A stretch of DNA of 64,000 bases, taken from NCBI GenBank assembly GCA_030704615.1, contig CM060733.1, positions 34,038,001 to 34,102,000 of the forward strand, given 5' to 3'. Both the position numbers and the translations under genes were made by a program. Under the pieces are notes generated by a model. That model worked only from the letters and a program-made list of their open reading frames with translations, was not told the origin of the DNA and did not search any database. The DNA comes from Takakia lepidozioides (lineage: Eukaryota; Plantae; Bryophyta). This document shows positions 11,686 through 25,309 of this stretch, piece after piece (position 1 is the first letter of the stretch; each line of letters starts with the position of its first letter).

Positions 11686-14600
11686 ATGCTGCGCACAGTA
11701 CTGCATGTGGGTACTTGCTATCTCTCTGCTTCGACCACGCAAACTGCATCCCACAAGTTTCTGCGCACAAGCTCAAGGCCGCCCCTGAATTATCAGAGAG
11801 GTAGATTGCATATTGTAACTATGGCTAGCAGCTCGGGAGCTGGGAATGGATCCTCAGCCACCAAGGCTGATGCGGTGGTGTCACAGACGGGGGTCAAGGA
11901 GCCAAGTAGCAGCGATGATGTTGCGAGCCATGGATTCACACGGCCCGACATGTATAAAGGAGAGTTGGTGGGAAGCGTGGACTATTTCGAGCGGCATGTA
12001 TTTTTGTCATTCAAGGATCCCCAGAGCTGGCCTCCCAAGGTGGAGGCCCCAGGCTACGATCCTCTTCCCGAGAGCATGGTAGCTGCTTTGCGTAATCACA
12101 AAAACGACATGCCCAGGAAGGTGGGCTGCTTCCATCACTTTTCATGCACCCATTCATGATTTTTTAAGATCGATCCGCGAGTATTTCTCTTGTCTGCTCA
12201 ATTACCTCGCCTTCGACGATCTCTAAATGATTCTTCTACCTGCGTTCGATGTCAAGGATGGCCCGCGTTCAATTGCCGGCTGGCAATTGTTGGTTGTTAT
12301 CCGGCACAAAACTATTCAATTTGCGGTTGTTGGAGATTAAAGTGAGTATGTCCAGCGAACAGTGGCATTCGCTTGCATCTCCACAGATCTTTATTTGGTT
12401 CCCTTGAAGAACAGCTAACGATTTAAAAATTGGAGAGTTTTTATAATTTTGCCTCCCTCAAGTCAGATGCATCAGCTCCCAAAGTCATGATTAAAGCCTG
12501 AAGATTGTAGGGTAATTACTTTTGATCATGCCAGGGCACGGTGATTGATTGCATGAGTGGGATGCGCAGACGCGCTTGACTATTGCTGAGGGGAACGGTG
12601 AATCTGATTTGTCTGACGGAGATGTACTGATCTTCCCAGACATGGTGAAATACAAGTGAGTTATTTCTTACGCCCACTTTTCATTGTGTGAACAGGGAAG
12701 CTTACCTACTTTGCTGTTTGTGGAAGAGGAAGGGCACTTGTATGTTGATGCAAATTTTACAAAGCTACTGTTCTCTTCCTAAGAAATGTTTCTGAATGCA
12801 AGGTCACTAGATGACCCTGCATTGAAGTTGAATAGGATTTACTGGGTGAGACTTGATCTTGTGGCCCTTTGGCAATACCATTTGGGGTGCACCTTAAGGG
12901 AAGCTCTATCACCAACCGTGCCCACACTTCACCTGGCACTTGTCTGCTTGTCGGAAAGCATTGGCTGGATGGAAGATGCTTCAATTATAGCCTCACTGCA
13001 CTCATTCTTCTGAACATTTTCTAGTGTATCAAATATACACTTGAATATTGCTGTATATGGGTGGTAGGGGATTGGGGCATTCAGATGTACAATCGTTCGT
13101 GGATGAAGTGTTGGTGGAGGGCAAGGAGTGGGCACTAGGCACTGCAGAGCCTCTGTTGGGTTTTCATATCTTCATTTGTGCACACGGAAGCCGTGATAAG
13201 CGCTGCGGCGTTTGTGGTCCGCCCTTAAAAGACCAATTCCTTGAAGAGATTAAAAAGCTTGGGCTGAAAGACAAAGTGTTTGTGAGGTTCTGTTCCCATA
13301 TTGGTGGGCACAAGTATGCAGGCAACGTGATTGTCTTCGGCCCAACAAAAGATGAAACAATGGCAGGCCACTGGTAAGCCTCAGGACTGTTGCTTGATAT
13401 GAGTTTTACTGTTTAAGTTGGACAATATCCTTGGCTCATTGCAGTATGTCTTGCAGTTTTAGGAACCTGCCGGTCTTAGATGCTTGGGCTCCCACCGGCG
13501 TTGTCAAAACATTGCATACCTGATCATGAGAAGGCCTTGGTATCACCCTGTTTATCGTGCCAGTCAGAACCTGTTAATGAAGGAAGTATTGACCAGTTGG
13601 AATTACCTGGTAAGAGTGCATACTGGTCTCAGATAGGGTGGTTTTTTTTCTGCTGAATATCTTGAGCCGCCCCCGCTCTCTGTTGAAGAAAGAAACATGA
13701 AAAGAAGGCGAGACCTCAGTCCCATAGTGAAAGTCTTAAGCTATCTTTTGCTAAGAGTTATTTGCTCCATGTCATATGATGCTGAGAACAACATCAAGAA
13801 ATTTAGAGAACTTGAGTCGAAGCTGAGTTTGGCAACTTGTTAAGTGTTTCATAGAGATTGTTGGATGGCATTCTGTCTCCTTGTTGTTTCACAACTCTCA
13901 GTCTCTTTACTACCTAGTCTTTAAATGCTTAAGGTTGTGATGCTTGAGCTTCCCGATAGCATGTCATTAGAAGGCTGCAAGGTGCTCCTAGGCTGTGGGG
14001 TTTGGAACTTCTTATATCTCATCAGAGGCTCATGGATTCTTTGTGGTTTTCTCATATTCTGTGGGGTTTGGAAACATACCATCTCAATGATAATTGTCTG
14101 GTATAATGACTCCTTGTATCTTGTCGGAGTCTCACAGGCACTTTGTGTTCGTGGCACAAACAGTTCCTGCTCTGTGTGAAGTAGGTTTACTGTGATACGA
14201 TGCTGATGAGTTGATTGGTGCTTAGGTATGGCTATGTCACTCCAAATGATGTCCCTGATTTACTGGAGCAGCATATCGGCCAAGGAGCAATTGTAGATCG
14301 GCTTTGGAGGTAAGGCTTGGTTTCCACATGCGCTTTCTTGTAATCATGATTGTTTGAGCTTGAAGCTCCTTGATTCTAGTTTTTGTGCCCTAGTTACTTA
14401 TTTAGACTGGAGTAATGATACTACAACTTACCAGTAGACATGAATCTAGGTGAAGTGGAAGTAGCTTACAATTGACACAAGCTTGGCTTGTATTATTATT
14501 GCTTTTGCTAGGTGTCCATGTTGCTCTACGTTCAGGTGGAGGTTGCCTGGTGCCATTTTTTCACCCATCCTACCTCTGGTCTTACTTTGTGTCTACTGAA

Positions 14601-15153
14601 AATTAAACCATTCAACATTACATGGCTCGGGGACGTTGTGCCCTTGTGTAGGCAGTAAGTTGTGTCCTGTTATGAAGCTACCTCAGTGGTTCATTATTCT
14701 GTATGACGTCATTATTGCAGGGGGCAAATGGGCATGAAGGGGGAGGATCAGAAAGAAAGGCAACAACACAGACTTGGTCGTTTGGGAGGTGAGGATAGGA
14801 AGACCGATGACTGTGTATGCAGTGGAAGTCAAGAGCAAGGGGGTGCCACAGACACAGCCAACCAAAATGGATCGGATCTTCAAGATAAGAACTGTAGGAA
14901 GTGTGCAGCGGTCCTGCTGCCTCGCATTGGATCGCGGGAGCTCCACAAAATGGAAGGGGACGAGGAGGAGGAGGCTGTTGCTCAAGTGCCACCTCCAGTG
15001 AAGAGTCTGGTAGGTAGATATTGGAAAGTGCCGAAGTGGGTTCAGGACTGGGAGAGCGGGGATACGAAGGCAGCCTTGGCTGTTATGGGAGCTGCTGCAT
15101 GTGTGGCCGTTGCCTATCATCTCTACCGCACCTCAGTGCAGCAGCAGCAGTGA
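11686..15153 (+). CDS. Sucrase/ferredoxin-like (thioredoxin-like 2Fe-2S, AIM32/APD1-like) protein, 5 exons
   Basis: Exons 11686(or 11821)-12120, 12570-12655, 13068-13373, 14226-14309, 14721-15153. Motifs HGFTRPDMY, GDVLIFPDMVKY, ICAHGSRDKRCGVCGP, CSHIGGHKYAGNVI, HWYGYVTP, LWRGQMG; C-terminal hydrophobic anchor. Confidence 0.9.
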
Positions 15154-16770
15154 TTGAAACCTGGAGGTATTCTGTTACATTCCAGGGCTGATTGTTCGCC
15201 TATTCATTGGAAAATGGTAGACATACTACAAGCCTATGCAGTTGGATTTGCATGCTGCCAAATTGAATTTGCATCTTATCACCCGTTTTTCTGCTCTCGT
15301 CATGCACTGTTGTACAGGCTGATGGCCCACACTTGACAAACATTGCATTAGGCTTCATTTTGTATAACATGGAAGTGAAGGTTTTTCTGTGACACAATCA
15401 ATGAACATCTTTCTCAACTAGATTAACACAGGTCATGGAAACTAAGTGTAAACAGTGCTTTGCATTTAGGCTGGTCTTGAATATGGTCTAAACCCTACAC
15501 TTGTGAAACTCAGGGATATACTTAGGACCACTTGGGGGGGGGTGCTTCTGGTGTTTATGGCACTAAAGGTGGATCAACAACAATGGGATCCGTCCCTGAG
15601 AGAATGTGACATTCAGCTGTGATGCATGTCAGCCGGGATTTGAGTCTGAAGATCCATTTAAAGCCATGAAGGGAATAAAATCTAATAAAAGATTGGATAT
15701 GGATAGCTTACTAGTAAAAGTAAAATGCGTGTTGAATATCAATAGGCTTCATTCTCCAATCCTTCCTCACTTCTGACACATCATTTTAGGCATCAAAATG
15801 TGGGAAGATCAAATTCTACAGTAAGGCAAAGTATGTTTAAATAAAGATTTTAACCATACAGTTTTTAACTAATACATCTTGCTGAAGAGTTGTAGGACCT
15901 GTCCACGTGTGGAGGAGGTGAATACACCTAATTCATTGCTCCGCATTCATTTGGCAACAATTCCCCAATTTCTGGACACTTCAGGTAACAAAAGCAGAGC
16001 CATTTGCAAGGAAGCCTGGGCATGTTCACTATTACTTCCATTACTGGGACTTGTCATAACAAATTGCCAATCAATCTCCCAGCCATTATCTACCATGCCC
16101 TCATCAACCCCCTGACACTTTAGTATGTTGATGTACCAAAAGCTCTATGAGTATAATAAATGAGAATTCTACATTGGCAGACAAAGTTAACCACATACTT
16201 TGAAATCTTGATAGTGCAAAGAAGAACATGATTCTCCTTCTGCAAGATATGATGCACATACTTGAATTGGTGAACCCTTGTATAAAACTTACAAGGAATT
16301 GAGAATTTACGTACTTGAAAGAATGCATACAACCTTACACCACATTGTATCAACAATGGAATAATTGAGATATGCAGAGATGCAAAAGGTCATAGTTACC
16401 ACTAACCATTACAATTTGCTCCATCAAATGACCTCTGACTTACTATATTTTGCCAGAAAAATTTCCCTACTCCCCTTCAACCTATGGAGGTAAGACCGCA
16501 GAGAGTAATCCTTGGCGACCATGGATAATAGCTGTCTTCTGGTATCATAGAACATAGTTGCGACAAAGGCTGTAGCTCCAAAAGCAGGTACCACCTGTTT
16601 GCATCTTGAAGCAACCCTGGCCTAGCTTCAAGAGTAATGCCGTATATATAGATAAGTCTCCTCAAAGCCCGTCCTGATACTCCACCACTAGGCCAGAGAA
16701 TGTTGCAGCAATAAAAACAACATAGAAGGAATGAAAGAAGCAGCCAAAGAATGGGTCCCTGCCACACAGA

Positions 16771-17553
16771 TTATCGCGACTTGCTGCGGGTACCATTTCT
16801 GTTATTTGACCTGCTAGAGGGTCGGCCTTTTCTGGCATAGAATTTAAATAATCCCAACCATAGCTTGTACACCCACACCACGCTCCCAAAAATTGCAAAT
16901 GCTATTTTGAACATCCAGCAGTACGCCAACCATCGTGGTACTACCGCATCAGCACGACCTGACAGGTAAAATTTTCCAAGCTCCCACATTAAGTAGGGGC
17001 CCAAAACCCCCCTGACAATGGTAAAAACCACCGTGAAAAATGGAGATAAATTCGTATAAATGTTTTTGGCCAAAGGAGAGGTTTCTCGGGCCATGCGAGC
17101 CAGTGTCCACACATTCTGGATAGGGCTTGTTGATTCTCCAGCTGCTATGAGACACATAACTGACGTGCCACCGTGGCCAGTGTAATAGCGGCATGAAATC
17201 ATGTATGTCAGTGTTGCAATGTGATGACCAATAAAGAGATAATCATCTGGGGCAGTAATGAAATAGTTGAGCAAATCAACAACAAAATATGCCATGGAGT
17301 ACTCCATGACCCTGTTCTGAAAGTGAGTATTAGCTGCATCCAACTGCCATTTCTTACTAAAGATGTCCTGGATGGCCAGAATTGCAACTGGGGTCCCATG
17401 AGCTAGAGATATGGCACAGCTGGCTGCATCAAATCGGGGTCGACCCTTCCAATTCTTAAAGATAAACACATACCCAATGAAGTAAACCGCTGAGAAGAGG
17501 CCCAGTGAAGCAAGCAGAACCCAATAGTCTGCCAAACCTGCTATAGCTTCCAT
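16771..17553 (-). CDS. TLC (TRAM/LAG1/CLN8) domain membrane protein, ~260 aa
   Basis: Intronless hydrophobic ORF starting at ATG 17553 (MEAIAG) with ASCAISLAHG, SMAYFVVDL, FIGHHIAT, AGESTSPIQNVW. Confidence 0.88.
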   Translation of the reverse strand: MEAIAGLADYWVLLASLGLFSAVYFIGYVFIFKNWKGRPRFDAASCAISLAHGTPVAILAIQDIFSKKWQLDAANTHFQNRVMEYSMAYFVVDLLNYFITAPDDYLFIGHHIATLTYMISCRYYTGHGGTSVMCLIAAGESTSPIQNVWTLARMARETSPLAKNIYTNLSPFFTVVFTIVRGVLGPYLMWELGKFYLSGRADAVVPRWLAYCWMFKIAFAIFGSVVWVYKLWLGLFKFYARKGRPSSRSNNRNGTRSKSR

Positions 17554-18941
17554 CGTCACTAGGCCTCCCTGAGGTTCGCACCCAGTTACTCTTGCTGCTG
17601 TGTATATGGCGCTTAGAGTGACCTTACGCTGCTTCAGTGAATGGTGTATCAACGGGGAGAGATTAATGCTACAAAAACCCTTCGTGCACTTAGGGTTCCC
17701 ACTTCATATCAAGAAAACAGTCTGAACCACTGCCACTGACCTCAGTAATATCTGTCCAGCATGCACTGTTTGTTGTTTGGTTGCCTAAATTGGACTTGTC
17801 TGCCCCCTGATATCTTCAGCAACCTTCAATTGTCATATACTCTCCAACAATGTCCCATACACGAGAATTTTCTGCAGTAAGAAAGAAGACACGAGGAAAT
17901 ATTATGACTAACATATACTGTCAGCTTCCTTCTAATTGACAACAACGTTTTGACAACACCTCTAGGTTCAACCGAGGAAGTCAAGTTTCTCGGCGTGCTC
18001 GTCAGACGAGCTACGTGACGATTATCTAAAGCACTCATGCCCGCCGGCTACGTCTTACCGATGCTGACACTGCGGTCCGCTCCTCACTGTATACATTATC
18101 ACAAACCAAGCAATGCCCCCTACTTTGCAAAATGCAAATGAGAGAAGAGAAGAGGAGGCGAATTAAGCTCTCTGGTAAGTTCCATAGCATTCAACCAGAC
18201 AGGGACGATGCGTACTGGTTCATCGAAAATCCCGCTACCGTGCCAGTACGACTACTTCGGGAAATCCGAAAGGTACAAGTTTCAACACATCACGACACCA
18301 CGATATCATGATGCAGATGGAGGGTGACAACGGTGGTGGTGCATAGGCAGTTGAAGCACGTTGCCTATTCGGAGGCTACAAAGCCCCATTAATCCCGAAA
18401 CAAAAACCAGTCTCACCCGATTGCCGACACAAAACAAATTGCGAGGAGGCGCGCAAACCACCCAATGTGACAACAAATCAATCTAACAGGTCAGGAATCC
18501 CATACCTTTATCGGCTTCAAAAGCGAATGCCAAACTTGTGTCTGCGAGGAGACTGAAAACCCACAAAGGTAAACTGTCAGGGGTTGCACTCAATCGGTCT
18601 CACAGTCAGGGCGACACACACGGAGTGTGGTGGCGTATACGGTTGCTAGGTCTGTTGTCTGTTCTTCTTTCCACCTTTTGCTGCAGGCTGCAGCCTTAAG
18701 GACGAAAGGAATCTGGCATCCCTGTTTTTGATGCTTTACGCTTTATACTTTCTTTTCCTTCATTCATTCCCGCTTGGTTCATCCCGCCTTTGCATGAACG
18801 CATAAACCCTGCCTTTGCGTCGTTGGGTTGTATGCCAAGAAGGGTTTTTGGAGATTCTTGTCTTGATTGCTCTCCCTGCCCCCATGTGCTGGGCCTTGTC
18901 TTGAAACCCTTTTGGGTTTCTGTAGTATAGGCACTGCGGCA

Positions 18942-21900
18942 ATGCAAGGTAGTGTCTTGGGCTGCCCACCAGTCCCTGTGGAAAGATGCACTTCTCGACT
19001 GCACTGTCAGGGATATTCAAACTTACCACTTGAGTTTTCTCTCTGTGACGTCTATGAAAGATGTAAGCTTCCGTGGAGTAGCTTACATAATAGTAGTTTG
19101 TTCTGCGGGCGCCCCTTCTCACAGTCTAGTCATGGATGGAGAGCTGTGTGTGGCTTGCAAAGGGAGGAGGGAAGACTGTGGAAGCGCAGAAGAGCTTTGG
19201 AAAAAGGTCGTGGAAGTAGAGATGGAGTTCTGTATCACTCGGAGCTTAAATGTGGGTGGAAGCCGGGGGAAGACGGCACGGAACGAAGGAGTGCACTCCG
19301 GGCGAGGGCAGCTGATGAGAGCGCGGTGGAGGAGAAAGTGGATTACAAGGCTTACCAGGCCTTGATGCGAGGTGGTGAAGAAGTCATTGCCATGATGACG
19401 GAAATGACCGAGCTGGAAGACGCCCGCCCTTTCTGTTCCTTTTCACCATCCTGTGGTATCTTCGTTTATTTCTGCCAGCGCTGAGAGTTTACACGATTCC
19501 TTTCGAAGCCAGTATAACAGGGCTGATATGTTCATGAATTTGGCGATGGGAATGCTGCATCAACGGGGCTTAAATGATGAAAAGTACTTTGAGAGTTGCA
19601 TGTGTGTTGTTGGGTTGGTCATATGTTCATCTTCGTGGGCAGGTGCTAAGAAATTGCTGATCGGCTACTGAAGCGTGGATAGAGCGGATGGAGTAATCAC
19701 AACTGGGGGAGGAATGTGTATTGTGCGGTAGTACAAACCAGCTTGAACTACATACCCTGAGACCTCTTCAATATGTTCAGACGGGGCCGAAGGCTCTTGT
19801 TAAGGGAGCCATAGCCAAATCTAGAAAGCAGAACCCTGTGGCTGAGAGAGAGAGAGGTAGAACCATGAATACAAACGGGAATCGTGAAAGGAGCTTCTAC
19901 ATATTCCATTCCTTGAAACCCAGTGGGGACTGGAGCCGGCGAAATGTTAGGGTCGAGAGTATTCTGAAGATAGAGAAAAAATATTTGTGATACTAAGAGT
20001 ATTTCTAATTGGAATAAAAACCACTAGATAGAGATATAATAGGGGGAGAAAAGATGGATAATATAAGTTCGATTGATGCCCGCAGCTTGCAGACATAACA
20101 GAAATGGGGGACCAAGCAGAGGAAGTAGCAGTGGAGATGGCAGCCACAGGGGCGGTTGGACAGCGCCTCGAAAAGCTGGACGGAAGCTTTCTTATGGCGC
20201 TTGATTGGATGGTGCAGCAGGCAGAAAAGGACGGTGATGACAAGGTGGTTTTTCTCCACTTTACTCTTTGGCCCTCTGTTCTTCACTCTGCAGCTGAGTT
20301 ACTTCTTAAGCTAGTAATGATAGAAATTTCTATGTATATTTTCACAGCTCGGTTGAACGTCAATTTAATTGAACCCAACATATTGCATAGTGATGCAGGC
20401 TTCTGCAGATGTCAAGAGTTTGTACCATCTTCTCCTTTTTGTAGATTATAGTAGCTCCATCTTCACACATACTTTCCAGTCAATTTGGCCACAATATTTC
20501 CTTTTTTGTAAATGTTTGGAATCTACGAAGTCTACCAATAATGGAGCTATACTTGTCTCTTGCAGAAAAAATGGCTTTTGGGGGTGATAAAGGACACAGT
20601 GATAGCACAGCTCTCCCAAAAACTTCCATCTCAGGTGACCTCTCAAAACTCTTTAGTGGCTCCGTTCCTCAGCATAATTTTTATGCAACATGTGTAGACT
20701 CATGTCTGACTTAGCTTTAGAGTGCAATTCAATCTTCACTGTGGGGGGAGATTGTCTGTATTAGGCTGAGATCTATAGAAAGAAACACAAGCTTTATCCT
20801 AGTAAGCAAATGATGGAAGTCCAATCTCTTAGACCACGCTTCGACAGTCAAAATCGATGGCTTTTCGTTGTCTGCAGAGTTTTATTGGTTAATGGGAATG
20901 GACAAAGGGTTTTTTCATCATAAACACGACAAAGGCTGGAGCCAGCATATCTCTTAAGTTTCTCTGTGATGTGTTGGGATGACTGCCTCCTATACAAATG
21001 AATTTTCTTGTGCCCAATGCTACTCATTGTGGCCCACTTGCTTGGTGGACCACAAACCTCTCAGTATAGGCAATCATAAGTCACTGAAGCTCATGGCTTG
21101 GTGTTCCCACCACTTAAATCCAAGACCACCTCCTGCTTAGCCAAGGCCACATGGCCTGCGGACGAAGTACAGCAGAGCGATGGGGGAGCAATTGGTTGTG
21201 TTTTGTGCCAACTGGAGCCAATAGGTGGGCACAGGTGCAAGTAGTTGGTATGTTATGCCGGACACCAGATAAAGATGCACGTCAGGAGATTCTCCGACGC
21301 TGCGCAGGCGGTGGAGGCACATTTGATCAAACAGGTGGGGGCAAGGTGATGCTTCCAGGGGCCAACCTTAAAGATATTGCTGACCAAGCTAATGACATCG
21401 TTTCGGTACCCACTTCATCCCTTACTTGTATCAGCATGCAGAAGATTGTGGTTTATTTTACTTCTTTTGATAGGAGCAATAGGATTTTGCAATCGAAAAC
21501 TAATTCTCAGGAGCAACATATCTGTGCTGGAGTTTGCAAACACTAGCACTAGATCAGTTGTTGATTTATTCCTCCATGAATGCATGGACTGAAAGTATGT
21601 CACTTTTGAGCAGACAATGGAGGAGAAACCAAAAGTGCCAGATAGGCGGTTGCTTGCAAGGCTTGTCTTGGTCAGAGAGGAGGCAGGAAGTCTGCTGAGT
21701 GGTGGCCTTTTGGATGAGCGCAATGACCACACAGGGCTCAAGAATTTACCAGAACCTGAGGTGGGTTTGAGAATCCCTCAGTTGAGGCCCTTTTGATTGG
21801 GTAGTGTTGGAGAGTAAACTTTTGTCCACTTTTGAAGTCCAAATTTGACCACAGATTCTACCATTCTGATGAGCTTGTGACCTGAGGTGGATACTTGGAT

Positions 21901-23752
21901 TAACTAAACATGACTTTTTGCACATAGTCTGCAAGGAATGCAGTTTTAGTGCAAATGTCGCGTCCTTTTTTGTAGCTCTCATGAAGGCTCTAGCTCCAAG
22001 AAACAGGGGTTGAATATCCTTGGCACTTCTGCATTTTTGTCTTGGATATGAGAAATTGAGGCAAGTAGAGAATCCTTTCTTACACATCTATAGAACTATG
22101 GATCTGCAGGTTAACTTTCTCACAAAGATAGTAGGAATGAAACCGGGCCCTGAATTGCACAAAAAATTGGCCAATGTAATTGGGGGAAAGGAGGAGGGTG
22201 CTGACCTTCCGTATGATACCAAGCCACGGCAGTCCCATCGCAGTAGCGGAGCTCAGGCAGGTTCACTGTAACCTCTAAGTGCCGCTAAACTCCTAAGATG
22301 CAGAATCAACTAGAGCATCAGCTTGCATACATAATCGTGGAGTTTTTGAATACGATCTTGGTGATGATGAGAACATTCTGTCCTCAGTGATGATTTCACG
22401 GCTATTGGATACTGTTCTGAATTTCTGGGTTGATTCCTCCCACTTGAGAAGGTCTGTACCATTGGTTATCTGGTTTTCATGCTGGCTGTTGTCAATTAGA
22501 AGTGACTCTGTCACTAGATCCATTCTGCACTCAATGTGTTGTACATTGCTCCTGATTCGACCCATGCGAAATACCATGGAACCCATATGTGATACTGTGT
22601 GCAGGAGCAGGCGCAAAAGAGCACACAGATTCTTCCAGTGCGCCCGGGCCTATTTCTACAGACAGTCACCAAGGTGTTCATCAGAACTGAAATTTCCTGT
22701 AGTCTTTTCTTTGCTTCTTACAATAAGATTGCTAGAAATTATGCCTCACATGTACTGGCTGAAGATTTATTGTTAGTTATGTCTGAAGTGATGACTTCTG
22801 CCAGGAGATCTTAAGTTTGGTCCCTCCTGCAGGTGCTCGGGGGCATGTATACTTCGAATGCAGCGCGTGGTGTCACAGTTCAACAGCTTGAGTGGGTGGG
22901 TTTTTAACCCTTTCATCTTCATTTACTTTCTTATGATTTCAACTAACAAATATCTAGAGTTTGTTTCTTGATGTTCATGAACATAAATTTACACGTTGAG
23001 ATAAGCCTTCGGAATGGTCGTCTCAATATGGTCAACGTCACGGTGCAATTTTGGCTTTTCACATTTAGATGCTGGTGTGTGAGCTCTTGAACTCCAGGTT
23101 TAGGAGTCATAGACTTCGTTCCCACGATTATGCCATGCTTCAAATTGGCCTACTTGTCAGTACAAAACTGTCCATGAGTTCCAAAGGTTCCCCCTCTTGA
23201 GGGAGGAGTTTAAGATTCCCAAGAGTCTTAAACTGACCTTTCAGTATTGAACAATGCCTACTTGAGAGGCTTCCTCAAGGGTCACTTTCCTTGGATGCAA
23301 CTCTTGATATGATCCTCTAATTAGGTTTCACATGATACCCCTTGCGTCTCTAAGAGCAATGTCCTCTTGGCATAGTCGGTTGGAAATCTTAGAGTAAATC
23401 AGGATGTCTCCACAAATGTGTAGAAAGTGTCTAAGTGGAGATAGTGCAATATGGAAAGGTAATGACGTTCTGGACACTTGAAGATTCCTTCTCCCTCAGG
23501 AAAGTAGACATTCTGAATTCATGAACTGTTTTGTAGCATACAATACATAGTTTACTAGTTGCTCAAGCTTCAGGGCAATGCTCGAATAACCACTTGCATA
23601 TGTAGGTTGTGCTGCTTCTTATCAAGTCTAGTGACAGGCTGCTGCCTTTTAGTCCTACAGGCAAGGCTAATTCTATTGAGGCTATTGGTGGTGGAATGTA
23701 TCAGATACACAAGGAAACTTTGAAGATTCTGCAGGCGTTGGCATATTCATGA
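18942..23752 (+). CDS. PRDA1: PEP-RELATED DEVELOPMENT ARRESTED 1-like chloroplast nucleoid protein, 9 exons
   Basis: Exons 18942-19415, 20086-20244, 20566-20634, 21235-21405, 21614-21760, 22110-22256, 22605-22673, 22833-22895, 23705-23752, all phase 0. The translation (YQALMRGGEEV, VAVEMAATG, FLMALDWM, VQVVGMLCRTP, PDRRLLARLVLVREEA, PVRPGLFLQTVTKVLG, QQLEWIHKETL) matches remembered plant PRDA1. Confidence 0.85.
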
Positions 23753-24734
23753 CCCGTGACCTCTGCTTGATATTGGCTGTAACACTGCAAAGGCTGTGTG
23801 GCAGTACATGAAGGATGTGCCACAACTCAGGTCGGCACCCCCTGTTTGTAGAGAATGGGCTCATCTGTATGAAAGTCTTGATGTAATGTTGTAAGGATGA
23901 CTTGGAATAGTTCATGTGTGCAGAGATTTATTTTGAGCTTCTTTCTTTCTCATTGTTTCTTAAGCTCATAATACACAGTGTAGAGCAACTGGGGCCCAGC
24001 CTTAATGCATTCCTCTTCTAGTTATGGCTGGCTCCCAATCAGGCCAGTCTGCAAATATTGCTAACAATTGCCTGCAGCTTTATTAATGCTAGTAGTTCAC
24101 ATTAGGCCAGTGCTGTTTCCATGAACAGTACAGCTTGTAGTGCACTTACCAGGTGACTCTGTTGTCAAGATATCAATGTGGCAAGGGGGAAGATAGGCAT
24201 ACATTCCAGAGGGGGAGTTTCCTTTGGAAACACATTACTCTATAAGAGAATCTTAAGGATGATCTGAAGGTCCTACCTACCCTTGGCACTTAGACTGAAA
24301 TATGAACTCAGGGCGGGAGTCTACCTTTGAACAATAAACAAATGTAGAGAGGAAAGGGAGATTGTCAATGCCTGATGTGCAGGCATCCTGAAGACACTAT
24401 CCATTTTCTGGTAAAATAGAGTTTTCTGTAAATTTTTGCCCGAGTTGTTTTAAAAACTCCATCTCAACCTGAGCTTGCTTTCCCTCCGTAAATTTGTTAG
24501 GAATCCTTAAAACAGGTTGACTCGCGGGGAGTTTATGCGACCCAAGTACACTGATGCAAGTCCTCTCAACTTGTTCACATCCTTCAATTCACGATGTAAC
24601 TCCCTTGACGTGCATTTTGCGCAGGTATTTTGAGTTTGGATCTGAGTTGAATATGACCAAAATGCTTAAAAATGTGCATCCTCATTGGACATGACTTTCA
24701 GCCTTGAAGTGGGTTGACATGGTTCGGTTGTGAA

Positions 24735-24853
24735 ACTGCTGCCGAATATAGATAACATGATTTTTGCAGATATACTCACAGTTGATAGAGTCACTGCTGC
24801 CGAATATAGATAACTTGATTTTTGCAGATATACTCACAGTTGATAGAGTCACT
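24735..24853. repeat. Tandem duplication of a 58-bp unit
   Basis: ACTGCTGCCGAATATAGATAAC(A/T)TGATTTTTGCAGATATACTCACAGTTGATAGAGTC at 24735 and 24793. Confidence 0.85.
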
Positions 24854-25309
24854 TTGTCCGACAAAGTCTGCAATGGCGATTGCCCATTTGAATCCCCTCT
24901 CATGCACAAAAGCAGCACAATTGCAATTACATTCCTCAAACTTGCCAGACAAGGATTTAACAACTTTTCTACATCCTTTCTACATCAATGCATCTGAAGA
25001 TGCTTGAAGCTTAGGCAACTGGAACTGTTACAACTCAAACTCAAATGGTACGACTTAGCTCGATAAGGGCCCACGCTAGTGGTGGTGCTTGTACGAGCTT
25101 TTCAAAGACCCTTCACAATGGTGTGACTGCTGTCAAAAATTCGCAAGCGACTGTATATGTCACGTTTCTTTCTACAAACCACAGATTATAGCAAATTGTT
25201 TTTAATAATTTTTACATATGAACACACACAAACACACAAATTTAATAATTTTGGTCTTCATCAAATCAAGCAAGCTTCATATTTATAACCACTTCTCATT
25301 ATTTTTTTA

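Noticed and set aside
17554-17652. N-terminal extension of the TLC ORF in the ORF track
   Set aside because: It starts at a non-ATG codon; the first ATG is at 17553
24400-25150. Possible hAT transposase remnant next to the ATCCGG repeats
   Set aside because: The frames I translated contain stops and no recognisable hAT motif
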